The notes under the pieces: model-generated
What the model saw: only the letters and a program-made list of their open reading frames with translations
Databases searched by the model: none
Told to the model about the DNA's origin: nothing
Translations under genes and position numbers: made by a program
Shown here: positions 47,372 to 56,517 of the stretch, in pieces
Numbering within the stretch: position 1 is the first letter of the stretch
Layout: each line of letters begins with the position of its first letter
Assembly (NCBI GenBank): GCA_034434995.1
Contig: DAOTYF010000055.1
Span: forward strand, 499-64,498
From: Anaerolineae bacterium
GTDB lineage: Bacteria; Chloroflexota; Anaerolineae; Aggregatilineales; UBA3940
Length of the DNA stretch: 64,000 nucleotides
Reading direction: 5' to 3'

Positions 47372-48708
47372 TATCCCCGGCGGTTGCGCGGTTTGCGCCC
47401 AGTCCTACCGGACCTCCCCATTTGGGCAATCTCCGCACAGCTACGTTCAATTGGCTACTGGCGCGCGCGACTGGCGGGCGCTTTATCGTGCGCCTCGATG
47501 ACACGGATCAGGCTCGCTACAATGCCCAAGCCGAAGCAGAAATGCTCAATGCGCTGCGCTGGCTAGGGCTGAACTGGGATGAAGGGCCAGACGTAGGCGG
47601 GCCACACGCGCCATATCGCCAGTCTCAGCGGCTTGACCTGTATCACGCGGCTGCCGAGCGACTGGTCGAGATAGGGTCTGCCTACCGCCCTGATGACGAG
47701 CCGCATGTTGTCCGGCTGCGCACACCACCCGAGGGTCAGGTAGTGTTGCGCGACGCGATCCGGGGCAACATTCGCTTCAACTACACCCGTGTGCCGCGCG
47801 ACCCTGTGTTGATCAAGTCGGATGGCTTTCCCACCTACCATCTGGCCACAGTGGTGGACGATCAGGCTATGGGTATCACTCACATTCTGCGCGGCGAGGA
47901 GTGGATTCCCTCCGCTCCGATCCACCTTCAGCTATTCGACGCGCTAGGCTATCCCGCTCCTGTGTTCGCCCACCTGCCGCTGGTCACGGATCGCGCAGGC
48001 AAGAAACTTAAGAAGCGCGATCCAGCCTTTGAAGTACGCAACTACCGCGAAGACGGTTTTCTGCCAGAGGCCATGATCAACTATCTGGTGTTGCTCGGCT
48101 GGCATCCCGGCACGGAGGATGAGATTTTCACACCGGAGGAGTTGATCCAGCGCTTCAGCCTGGATCGGTTCTCCAAAAGCCCGGCTGCATTCGATGAAAA
48201 CCGGTTGCGCTGGTTCAACCAGCAACACCTCGCCCGGCTGGATGCCGACGATCTGACGAGGCGCGTAATACCGCGCCTCCGCGAAGCATACCCGCAGGCT
48301 GCAGCTTGGGATTCAGCACGCCTCACTCGGCTGGTAACCGCCGTCCGCGAGGAATTGGTGACGCTAGCTGATGTGGTCCCGGCGACCCGCTTCGCCTTTG
48401 AATTCAGCGAGCCAACTATTGAGGCCCGCGCTGCGCTCACCAGCGAGTCAGCTCTGGCGGTGATCACCGCCTTCTGCGAGGCGCTGAGAGACATTCCCAT
48501 CCTGGATGCAGAGCGTAGCGCGGCATTACTGGCTGATCTGCGGGCGCGGTTCAAGGCATCGCATGGATGGGGGGGCCGGGTTGTGATGTTCCCGATCCGT
48601 GCTGCGCTGACAGGGACTGTCACTGGGCCGCATCTAGCAGACGTGATCTCTGTACTGGGCAAGGACGAGTGCCTTCGTCGGATCGAACTGGTCCGTCCTA
48701 TGTTATAA
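47368..48708 (+). CDS. gltX: glutamate--tRNA ligase
   Basis: The HIGH-region variant is FAPSPTGPPHLGNLRTA and the KMSKS-like motif is KKLKKRD. The start overlaps the yacL stop (ATGA). At 446 aa it is somewhat short for GluRS. Confidence 0.85.
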   Translation: MISPAVARFAPSPTGPPHLGNLRTATFNWLLARATGGRFIVRLDDTDQARYNAQAEAEMLNALRWLGLNWDEGPDVGGPHAPYRQSQRLDLYHAAAERLVEIGSAYRPDDEPHVVRLRTPPEGQVVLRDAIRGNIRFNYTRVPRDPVLIKSDGFPTYHLATVVDDQAMGITHILRGEEWIPSAPIHLQLFDALGYPAPVFAHLPLVTDRAGKKLKKRDPAFEVRNYREDGFLPEAMINYLVLLGWHPGTEDEIFTPEELIQRFSLDRFSKSPAAFDENRLRWFNQQHLARLDADDLTRRVIPRLREAYPQAAAWDSARLTRLVTAVREELVTLADVVPATRFAFEFSEPTIEARAALTSESALAVITAFCEALRDIPILDAERSAALLADLRARFKASHGWGGRVVMFPIRAALTGTVTGPHLADVISVLGKDECLRRIELVRPML

Positions 48709-48774
48709 TCGGGGGTTAATCGGGAGTTTATGCAGCCGTGATTCTGTACAAACCCTTCTCCTGCTCCTGTTACT

Positions 48775-48832
48775 GACCTCACCCCCAGCGTTTTTTTGCC
48801 TTGTGCTATGGTTGGTAGGAGGGGGTGAGGTC
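48775..48832. repeat. perfect 12-bp inverted repeat in the gltX-cysS intergenic region
   Basis: GACCTCACCCCC (48775-48786) pairs with GGGGGTGAGGTC (48821-48832). The 34-nt loop contains a T7 run. Confidence 0.6.
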
Positions 48833-48903
48833 TGCTGCGTTCGGACTGCGGGAGCAGTCTGCCACTTTCTCTCTCCGGTTTCTAGCCACAGGGAGTAGAA
48901 GGT

Positions 48904-50352
48904 ATGCCACTCACTGTCTTTAACCGTCTGACGCGCCAGAAGGAGACGTTTGTTCCCTTGGTTGAGGGGCAGGTGCGGATGTACGTCTGCGGCCCGACAG
49001 TCTACGACCATGCCCATGTTGGCCACGCCAAGACCTACGTCTCGTTCGACGTGATCCTGCGCTACCTACGCTACCGGGGCTACCGGGTGCGCTATGTCCA
49101 GAACATCACTGATGTAGGCCATCTGCTCGATACCGGTGAGGATCGCATCCTCAAGAAAGCGGGCGCGCTCAGCCTGGAGCCGATGGAGGTCGTGGAGGCT
49201 TATACGCGCTCGTATTTCGAGGATATGGACGCGCTGGGGGTGATCCGCCCAGACATCTCACCCCGCGCCAGCGGCCATGTCCCAGAGCAGATCGCCATGA
49301 CCCAGGCGCTTATTGAGAAGGGGCACGCCTATGTCACACCACAGGGCGATGTGTACTTTGATGTGACCACTTTCCCAGAGTACGGCAAGCTATCCGGACA
49401 GGACCTAGAGGAGTTGATGGGCGGGGTTCGCGTCGAGGTGGCAGAGGGCAAACGCAACCCGGCTGACTTTGCATTATGGCGCCACGCTGGGCCTGAGCAC
49501 CTGATGCAATGGGATAGTCCCTGGGGGCGCGGCTTCCCCGGCTGGCACATTGAGTGCTCGGCCATGTCCATGAAATATCTGGGCCAGACCTTCGACATTC
49601 ACGGGGGTGGGCTGGAGAATCGCTTTCCGCACAACGAGTGTGAGATCGCACAGGCCGAGGCGCTAACCGGCCAGCCGTTCGCCCGCTACTGGTTGCTGAC
49701 CGGCTCGCTGACGGTGGATGGGGTCAAGATGAGCAAGTCGCTGGGCAACTTCATCACCGTCAAAGAGGCGCTGGCCCGGACGCGGCCTGAGGCGCTGCGA
49801 GCCTTTCTGCTCTCCAGCCACTATTCTAGCCCCATTGACTATTCGGCAGAGGCGCTGGAGGCAGCGGAAAAGGGTTGGGAGCGGCTGCTAGTGCCGGTGC
49901 GACTGTTGCGCCACATGCTTCCCAAAGCCCCGGATAGCGAGGCCGCGATGGGTTTCCAGACGGTGCTGGACGAGCATAAAGCCCGCTTTCTGGAGGCGAT
50001 GGACGACGACTTCAACGCCCCCGTGGCGATCAGCGCCCTGCACGACCTGACACGTGAGGTCAACACGTTGCTTAACAGCGGCGAGGAGATTGGGCGGCCT
50101 ATTTTGGAGAGGATCGACAGCCTGTACCGCGAGTTGGGCGGGCAGATTCTGGGCATTGTCCCGGACCGGCTGGAGGCTGAGGGCATGGATGCGGAGCGGC
50201 TGGATGGGCTGATCAGATTGCTGATCGAAATGCGGGCCGAGGCTCGTGCTGAGAAGAACTATGCCCGTGCCGACGCGATCCGGGGCCGCCTGGCCGAGTT
50301 AGGCATCGCACTGGAAGACCGCCCAGATGGGACTATCTATCGCCTGGAATGA
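48904..50352 (+). CDS. cysS: cysteine--tRNA ligase
   Basis: Motifs are MYVCGPTVYDHAHVGHA (HIGH), GWHIECS and KMSKSLGN. Confidence 0.95.
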   Translation: MPLTVFNRLTRQKETFVPLVEGQVRMYVCGPTVYDHAHVGHAKTYVSFDVILRYLRYRGYRVRYVQNITDVGHLLDTGEDRILKKAGALSLEPMEVVEAYTRSYFEDMDALGVIRPDISPRASGHVPEQIAMTQALIEKGHAYVTPQGDVYFDVTTFPEYGKLSGQDLEELMGGVRVEVAEGKRNPADFALWRHAGPEHLMQWDSPWGRGFPGWHIECSAMSMKYLGQTFDIHGGGLENRFPHNECEIAQAEALTGQPFARYWLLTGSLTVDGVKMSKSLGNFITVKEALARTRPEALRAFLLSSHYSSPIDYSAEALEAAEKGWERLLVPVRLLRHMLPKAPDSEAAMGFQTVLDEHKARFLEAMDDDFNAPVAISALHDLTREVNTLLNSGEEIGRPILERIDSLYRELGGQILGIVPDRLEAEGMDAERLDGLIRLLIEMRAEARAEKNYARADAIRGRLAELGIALEDRPDGTIYRLE

Positions 50353-51149
50353 GCCTGCCTGAGCAGGCCCTCGGTTCCTCCCCGGACTCCCCGTCGACTA
50401 TGGCGCACGAATTTCTTTACGGACGCCGTCCAGTGCTCGAATCACTGCGCGCAGGGCGGCGTCCGTTCAGACGGTTGGTGCTGGCGGAAGGCTCCGCCAA
50501 CTCTGAGATTCTGGCTGAGATTGTTCGCCAGGCGCAAGCGCGGGGCATCCCGGCTGAATCCATGCCTCGACGCTGGCTGGACGATCACACGCGCGGCGCG
50601 AACCACCAGGGGGTGGTGCTGGAGGCCGGGGCGTATCCCTATGTCGAGGTCGAGGATATGCTGGGGCTTGCTGTTGAGCGCCGCGAGCCGCCCTTGCTGT
50701 TGCTACTCGATCTGCTTCAGGACGTGCAGAATGTCGGGACGCTGCTGAGGTCGGCAGAGGCAGTCGGCGCGCATGGGGCTATCCTTCAGGAGCGCCGCGC
50801 CGCCGAGATCACCCCGGCGGTGGTCAGCGCATCATCGGGCGCAATCGAGCATCTGATGGTGGCACAAGTGACCAACCTCGTACAAGCCATCGAGGCGTTG
50901 AAGAAGGCCGACGTATGGATCGCCGGGCTGGATATGGGCAAAGACTCCGTGCGCTACGACCAGGCCAGCCTGCGCGGGTCACTGGCAGTGGTCGTGGGTG
51001 GTGAAGGGCCGGGGCTGCGGCGATTAGTGCGTGAGCGGTGCGACTTCCTCATCCACCTGCCGATGCGCGGGCAGGTCGAGAGCCTCAACGCTGCAGTAGC
51101 GGGCAGTATCGCCCTGTATGCTGCGTGGCAGGCGCGGGGATTCACGTAG
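50349..51149 (+). CDS. rlmB: 23S rRNA (guanosine-2'-O)-methyltransferase RlmB (SpoU/TrmH family)
   Basis: The start overlaps the cysS stop (ATGA). SpoU motifs are NVGTLLRSAEAVGA, VVVGGEGPGL and VESLNAAVAGSIALY. Confidence 0.85.
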   Translation: MSLPEQALGSSPDSPSTMAHEFLYGRRPVLESLRAGRRPFRRLVLAEGSANSEILAEIVRQAQARGIPAESMPRRWLDDHTRGANHQGVVLEAGAYPYVEVEDMLGLAVERREPPLLLLLDLLQDVQNVGTLLRSAEAVGAHGAILQERRAAEITPAVVSASSGAIEHLMVAQVTNLVQAIEALKKADVWIAGLDMGKDSVRYDQASLRGSLAVVVGGEGPGLRRLVRERCDFLIHLPMRGQVESLNAAVAGSIALYAAWQARGFT

Positions 51150-51615
51150 TTCCCAGCGGTGGGCTACCTATCACGCCAAACAGCACAAGCAAATAGGCGA
51201 TCAGTAGGCAGATGGCGGTGATGCCGAGCCGCCAGCCTGCCGATCCAGGAAAGGTCAGGCGCGCATCCACCGCGCTGACGGCGGGATCGTCCGCACGAAT
51301 GGTCACCTCCACTGGGGCGCCCTGTTCGCCCAGCCGCTCGTAGAACCCCCGTGTGACGATCTGTTCGCCGGTACGCACCTGCCCCTGCGAGGTCGGGAAG
51401 GCATAGCGCACCACGTACACAGTCACGTCGAAGGGCAGCAGGGTATCTGGCTGGCGCTGGACCAGCTTTTCGGTGATGTTGCCGTCAACAGCCACCGCGC
51501 CGCGCAGCAGCATCAGCGGTGTTGCCACACGGCGGTAAACCGTGTAGAGCAACCCCAGCGCGGCAAGCAACAGGATCAGACTCACGGCCAGGCTAAGGGG
51601 CCGCTTGACAGCCAC
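51142..51615 (-). CDS. hypothetical two-TM membrane protein (DUF3592-like architecture)
   Basis: TM helices at the N and C termini flank a beta-rich domain. The start was trimmed to the GTG at 51615, which lies 4 nt after the yjbQ stop and follows a GGGGAG RBS. Confidence 0.5.
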   Translation of the reverse strand: MAVKRPLSLAVSLILLLAALGLLYTVYRRVATPLMLLRGAVAVDGNITEKLVQRQPDTLLPFDVTVYVVRYAFPTSQGQVRTGEQIVTRGFYERLGEQGAPVEVTIRADDPAVSAVDARLTFPGSAGWRLGITAICLLIAYLLVLFGVIGSPPLGTT

Positions 51616-51619
51616 ACGG

Positions 51620-52048
51620 CTACTCCCCGATGATCTGTACCACGAGCTTTCGCTGGCGAGGGCGGGTGTCAAAGTCCACGTATGTAATCTGCTGCCACGT
51701 GCCGAGCGTCAGGCGTGCCTCTGCGAAGGGAACAGTCAGGCTAGGCCCCAGTAGCGCAGCCCGCACGTGGCTGTGACCGTTGCCATCACCCCAGCGCAGG
51801 TTGTGCCGGTACTCGCGGTCAGGCGGCACGATCTCATCGAACAGGCGGTTCAGATCGGCTAACGCCCCGCTCTCGAACTCGATGGTGGTCAGTGCGCTGG
51901 TGGAACTGGGGCAAAAGATTGTCACAATCCCTGCTTTAAGGCCGCTTCCCCGCACCAGGTGAGCGATGCCATCGGTAATATCGTGCATATCAGCATTGCC
52001 GCGCGTGCTGATTGGAAGTTCGCATGTGATGACCATGTTACCCCTCAC
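51620..52048 (-). CDS. yjbQ: secondary thiamine-phosphate synthase enzyme YjbQ (UPF0047)
   Basis: UPF0047 motifs are present (DITDGI...TIFCPSSTSALTTIEFESG...DGNGHSHVRAALLGPS). Confidence 0.85.
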   Translation of the reverse strand: MRGNMVITCELPISTRGNADMHDITDGIAHLVRGSGLKAGIVTIFCPSSTSALTTIEFESGALADLNRLFDEIVPPDREYRHNLRWGDGNGHSHVRAALLGPSLTVPFAEARLTLGTWQQITYVDFDTRPRQRKLVVQIIGE

Positions 52049-52114
52049 ACAGGCTCTCTCTCTTGCGCGAACCTTCGGCTGGCTGGGCAGAAAAGAAGCT
52101 ATCCCGAGATTATC

Positions 52115-52594
52115 TCAGGTCACTTCAACGACCTGCGCCCTGGTGACGCGGATCAGGTCGTGTGGGGAGAGTCGCAGGTCCAGGCCGCGTTGCCCCGCGC
52201 TCACCACAATGAAATCCAGTAATTCGGCCCAGGTGTCTATGTAGATCGCAAAACCCCTGTTCAGCAGTGCCAGTGCCGAAATGCCCCCCGTCTGGAGGCC
52301 CGTGATGCGCTCAGCATCAGCGTGGCGGGCCATATGCACCTTCTTCGCGCCGACCGCCTGGGCCACCTTCTTGAGATCGAGCGTTGTATCAGCAGCGATC
52401 AGGATGAGCATCGGCTTAAACCCTGGCTCCGATGCCTCAACCACCAGTGTTTTGTACACGTTCTCCGGTGGAAGGCCCGCCCAACGTGCCACCTCCAGTG
52501 CGTCGTGGATCGTAGCGGGAAATTCGATCACCTCATAGGGCACACCCTGCCCTTCCAGAACCCGCATTGCAAGGGTTTTCTCGCGCTTCGCCAT
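52115..52594 (-). CDS. ybaK: Cys-tRNA(Pro)/Cys-tRNA(Cys) deacylase
   Basis: It is collinear with E. coli YbaK (VYKTLVV, LDLKKVAQAVGAKKVHMA, TGLQTGGISALA, VSAGQRGLDL). Confidence 0.85.
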   Translation of the reverse strand: MAKREKTLAMRVLEGQGVPYEVIEFPATIHDALEVARWAGLPPENVYKTLVVEASEPGFKPMLILIAADTTLDLKKVAQAVGAKKVHMARHADAERITGLQTGGISALALLNRGFAIYIDTWAELLDFIVVSAGQRGLDLRLSPHDLIRVTRAQVVEVT

Positions 52595-52655
52595 TTGTAT
52601 TATGCAGCCTCAGCAGCAGCCGGCTCGAACTATTGTGGTGATCTTCTGGGCGGGG

Positions 52656-54212
52656 TCAGTAATCCAGAGCCGATCCCTGGCCCTCTTCGTCTCCCTTTCC
52701 ATCCTCATTCGGGTTGGGGAAATCCTCACCTTCATCAGGAGCAATCGGCTGCGAATCCTCCCCCGTTCGTACCAGTTCCACCATCATCAGGTTGGTCGTG
52801 CCGGGCATCGTTGTCGCCACCCCGGCGGTAATCACCACCCGTTGCCCATCGTGCACGTGCCCGCTGCTCACTGCCAACTCGATGGATTCTCGCACGACCC
52901 CCGAAATGCGCTGGAAGGCGCTACTGGTTAGGGGGATCACGCCCCACGTGAGCATGAGCTGCCGCTGCACGGCTGGGAACGGTGTTGTAGCGATGATCGG
53001 CGCGTGGGGCCGATATCTGGCGACCGCTCGCGCCGTCCGTCCGCTGGCAGTCGCGGTGATGATCGCAGCTGCGCCCAGCGCGTGGGCGGTGCTGCAGGTC
53101 GCGCGGCTCACCGCGTCGGTTACATCGTGGGCTACTCCTTCCACATGCAACGGCGGGTTCCAGGGCTCGGCTAACATCGCTCGCTCTATTTCCTCGGCGA
53201 TGCGAACTATCGTCTGCACCGCTTCGAGAGGATACTTGCCGGTGGCTGTCTCGCCGGAGAGCATCACTGCATCGGTCCCGTCAAGGATAGCGTTCGCCAC
53301 GTCGCTGGCTTCGGCTCGCGTTGGTCGCGGGTTACGCACCATCGAATCGAGCATCTGTGTGGCCGTGATGACTGGCTTGCCGGCGATGTTAGCCTTCTGG
53401 ATCAGCCGTTTCTGAACCATTGGTACGCGCTCGGTCGGAATCTCGATTCCTAGGTCTCCGCGCGCTACCATAACCCCGTCGGCCACCATGATGATCTCGT
53501 CAAGGTGATCCAGCGCCTGCGGCTTCTCAATCTTGGCGATCACCCGCACCGGGCACGCTGGATCGCAGTTGTTGAGGATCATCTCCTTCAGCCTGAGAAT
53601 GTCTTCCGCCGACCGCACGAACGACAGCGCAACCCAGTCTACCCCATGCTCCAGCGCGAACTGGAGGTCGGCGGCATCCTTCTCCGTTATCGAGGGAGCG
53701 GATAGGTCCGAACCGGGCAGGTTAACGCCCTTGTTGTCAGTCAGCGGCCCGCCGGTGATCACCCGGCAGAAGATGTTCGGCCCATTCACCCCAAGCACCT
53801 GAAGCTCCAACAGCCCATCGTCAATCAGGATGCGTTCGCCGGGCTTGACATCTTCCGGCAGATGCTCGTACTGCACCGGGATCGTTGCCGCCACATCGCT
53901 GCCCGTGTGCCGCTCTCCGATCACCTGCCGGGTGGTTAGCACAACGCGCTCTCCCTGGTTAATTGTGATGCTATCCGCGCCGATGTCTCCGATACGCAAT
54001 TTGGGTCCCTGCAGGTCAGCCAGGATCGCGACTGGCTTGCCCAGTGCATCCGCTGCCTGGCGGATGCGCTGGATGTTCTCCGCGTGGATCGCATGGCTCG
54101 CATGGGACATATTTAGTCGTGCCACGTCCAGCCCGGCGCCGATCAGCTTCCGCAGCATCTCCGGCTCTCGTGAAGCTGGGCCTATGGTGCAGACAATTCT
54201 GGTGCGGATCAT
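52656..54212 (-). CDS. pyk: pyruvate kinase
   Basis: Motifs are RTRIVCTIGPAS, GLDVARLNMSHA, MVARGDLGIEIP and ATQMLDSM. A ~35-aa acidic C-terminal tail is present. Confidence 0.95.
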   Translation of the reverse strand: MIRTRIVCTIGPASREPEMLRKLIGAGLDVARLNMSHASHAIHAENIQRIRQAADALGKPVAILADLQGPKLRIGDIGADSITINQGERVVLTTRQVIGERHTGSDVAATIPVQYEHLPEDVKPGERILIDDGLLELQVLGVNGPNIFCRVITGGPLTDNKGVNLPGSDLSAPSITEKDAADLQFALEHGVDWVALSFVRSAEDILRLKEMILNNCDPACPVRVIAKIEKPQALDHLDEIIMVADGVMVARGDLGIEIPTERVPMVQKRLIQKANIAGKPVITATQMLDSMVRNPRPTRAEASDVANAILDGTDAVMLSGETATGKYPLEAVQTIVRIAEEIERAMLAEPWNPPLHVEGVAHDVTDAVSRATCSTAHALGAAAIITATASGRTARAVARYRPHAPIIATTPFPAVQRQLMLTWGVIPLTSSAFQRISGVVRESIELAVSSGHVHDGQRVVITAGVATTMPGTTNLMMVELVRTGEDSQPIAPDEGEDFPNPNEDGKGDEEGQGSALDY

Positions 54213-54294
54213 GGTTACCTTATCCTCGCCACACCACTAACATATGCCCGTAGGCATTCATCTGTCAATTCTCCCCCCATGATTGGCTTCCGCC

Positions 54295-54323
54295 TTGACG
54301 CTCTTCCCATCCCGGAGTATGTT
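54295..54323 (+). promoter_or_regulatory. candidate sigma70-type promoter for the 54418 gene
   Basis: TTGACG (54295-54300), a 17-nt spacer and TATGTT (54318-54323). Confidence 0.3.
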
Positions 54324-54417
54324 TAGAAGCGTGTAGAAACATATGGTCTATTCCGTGTGCTGTGTGTGCCACTAACGTTGTACCAAGGGGGTTATCTGTT
54401 CGATACGGAGTGGAAAA

Positions 54418-55764
54418 ATGGGTGGAAACTTCATCAATGCGCTGGCAGAAAATACCTCTGACGTGCTGATCGTGGCTGCTGTGCTGGCCACGGTGGTTGG
54501 CCTAGCCCTGTTCATGCGCGCACGGGCACGCCACGTCCGGCGGTTGCGGGCTGAAGTCCTGGGCGAGGTTCCCATCACGGGTGGCATGAGGGAGATCATT
54601 GCCCGTGCTTTCAATGTGACCAGTGCCGAGCTGGCGACCGTCGGCGCGGTAACGTTCGCTGACTTGGCCTGGCAGTATAGTCTAGCTGCTCCCTCTATCT
54701 GGGATCACTTTCATGGCCCCGCCGCGAACCATATCGCCGACGCCATCCACAACCTCGAGGTGCTGCGTGATGCACTGGGGGCGCAGGCTTCACAGGTGTT
54801 CGCGCAGGTGGTTGAGAGTCTGAAGCACATTGAGGCGACACAGGTATTTCACGAGCTGGCTGAGCGCCTGCCGATACTGGAGAGCGCAGGCACATCCAGC
54901 GCATTGGCGCTGAGCGCCGCCAGCCATTCGGCTGTGGATACGCTAGCCGGGGCCGGAGCGGTGCTTGAATTGAAGGCTGGGGTCGCTGCCAGTGCAGCCA
55001 GCACCATCGGCGATGGCGGCCTGCTGTATCACATTCCCCTGATCACCATGGGCTTTGCGACCTACCGTGCCTGGAAGCGAGGGCAGCAGGGCACGGCACT
55101 GTTACGCAACATGGAGTTTGCCGCGATTGAAGTCACCAGTCGGGCTGGTGGTGCATTGATCGGTGGGCAGATGGGAGGGGTGATCGGCACGGCCATCGCG
55201 CCTGGCATTGGGACCATTGTAGGTGGAGTGGCCGGAGCCATAGCCGGAACCTTCGCTGGGATGAAGGTGGGTGAGGACCTCAAGCAACGACACGTCCGGC
55301 AGGCCCGTCGCGCCTTCGATCAGGCCCTGTCCCGGCTCGGTCAGGCATACTTGGAAGACCCGGCCCGCTACCAGCAATTGGTGGATGTCTTTGTGCAACA
55401 TGAGCGCGCCTACCAACAGAGCCTCCGGGAGACCCGCCGCCGTCTGCATCGCCACGCGACTCCCTGGCGTGTCGCTTGGCCTGATCAGAAGCTGATCCTG
55501 CTTCAGGAGACGGTGAGATTGGCAGAAGATCGCCTGGGGGCCGTCCGCCAGGGAACTATCGAGGCATTGGATCGGCTGGACTTTATGCGGCTGCGCGGGC
55601 AGAATCACGAGCTGGGGGTGGTTGTGTGGAGTAACCCAGCCCTGCGCGAACAGCTTGCCCCCGATCCGGCGCTGGTGGAGTCGTTGCAGGCTGCCCATGA
55701 CCGGCTGACCTATGAGGTGGCTCAGTTCGGCGCGGCATGGCAGCAGGCGAGCGCCCCCTCATGA
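54418..55764 (+). CDS. hypothetical membrane protein with glycine-zipper segment
   Basis: It has an N-terminal TM helix (VLIVAAVLATVVGLALF), a central glycine-zipper run (GGALIGGQMGGVIGTAIAPGIGTIVGGVAGAIAGTFAGM) and a helical Arg/Gln-rich C-terminus. No catalytic motif was seen. Confidence 0.55.
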   Translation: MGGNFINALAENTSDVLIVAAVLATVVGLALFMRARARHVRRLRAEVLGEVPITGGMREIIARAFNVTSAELATVGAVTFADLAWQYSLAAPSIWDHFHGPAANHIADAIHNLEVLRDALGAQASQVFAQVVESLKHIEATQVFHELAERLPILESAGTSSALALSAASHSAVDTLAGAGAVLELKAGVAASAASTIGDGGLLYHIPLITMGFATYRAWKRGQQGTALLRNMEFAAIEVTSRAGGALIGGQMGGVIGTAIAPGIGTIVGGVAGAIAGTFAGMKVGEDLKQRHVRQARRAFDQALSRLGQAYLEDPARYQQLVDVFVQHERAYQQSLRETRRRLHRHATPWRVAWPDQKLILLQETVRLAEDRLGAVRQGTIEALDRLDFMRLRGQNHELGVVVWSNPALREQLAPDPALVESLQAAHDRLTYEVAQFGAAWQQASAPS

Positions 55765-56414
55765 TCCTGGCGCTGGATACAGCCACCCGCGTGGTGAGCT
55801 TGGCGCTGCATGATGGTCGTGAGGTGGTGGCTGAACTGAGCTGGCGTAGTGTTGATCACCACTCAGTTGAGCTAGCCCCCGCGGTGCGTGACCTGTCGCA
55901 ACGGGTAGGCATCTCCCTACGGGAACTGCGGGCGATTGGGGTAGCTCTCGGACCTGGTTCGTATACGGGGTTGCGGATTGGCTTGAGCTTGGCCAAGGGG
56001 TTGGCTATGGCAATGACGCCGCCAATCCCGTTGGTCGGTGTACTGACGCTCGACATCACTGCCACCGCACAGCCGCATATCCTAGAACGGCTGTGCGTTG
56101 TGTCGCAGGCGGGCCGAGGACGGGTCAACGCAGCGTTCTACCGCTGGCAGAGGGACCACTGGGCGGCAGATGGTGGGCCGTTCATCGCCGACTGGCCTGA
56201 TCTGGCAGCCCGGTTGGACGTGCCCACGCAGGTCGCGGGGGAGATCGGTGTCGCAGGGCTGGAAATTCTTTCCGCGCTGGGGGATCGCGTCAGGGTCGCC
56301 AGCGGCGCGGAGTCTCTGCGGCGGGCGGGTTTCCTGGCGGAGATCGCCTACCACCGCCTCGCTGAAGATCGGGTGGATGACCCAGCGACACTGACCCCCA
56401 TCTACCTGACCTGA
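55761..56414 (+). CDS. tsaB: tRNA threonylcarbamoyladenosine biosynthesis protein TsaB
   Basis: Motifs are MILALDTAT and GPGSYTGLRIGLS. The start was trimmed to the ATG at 55761, overlapping the upstream stop (ATGA). Confidence 0.85.
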   Translation: MILALDTATRVVSLALHDGREVVAELSWRSVDHHSVELAPAVRDLSQRVGISLRELRAIGVALGPGSYTGLRIGLSLAKGLAMAMTPPIPLVGVLTLDITATAQPHILERLCVVSQAGRGRVNAAFYRWQRDHWAADGGPFIADWPDLAARLDVPTQVAGEIGVAGLEILSALGDRVRVASGAESLRRAGFLAEIAYHRLAEDRVDDPATLTPIYLT

Positions 56415-56517
56415 AAGTGTGGGGTTAAACCATGCGGGCGCGGCGAAGCGCAGAGGAGGAAGGGGGAGAAATCACTGTCTTGCCCCTTGTTCCTGTGGCG
56501 GATAAGAGACGTTCCTG

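Noticed and set aside
48709-48903. T-box leader upstream of cysS, as found in the Bacillus cysE-cysS operon.
   Set aside because: No AGGGTGGTACCGCG-type T-box sequence, AG bulge/GA motif or specifier-loop architecture is visible. At 195 nt the spacer is short for a T-box. Only the 12-bp inverted repeat is reported.
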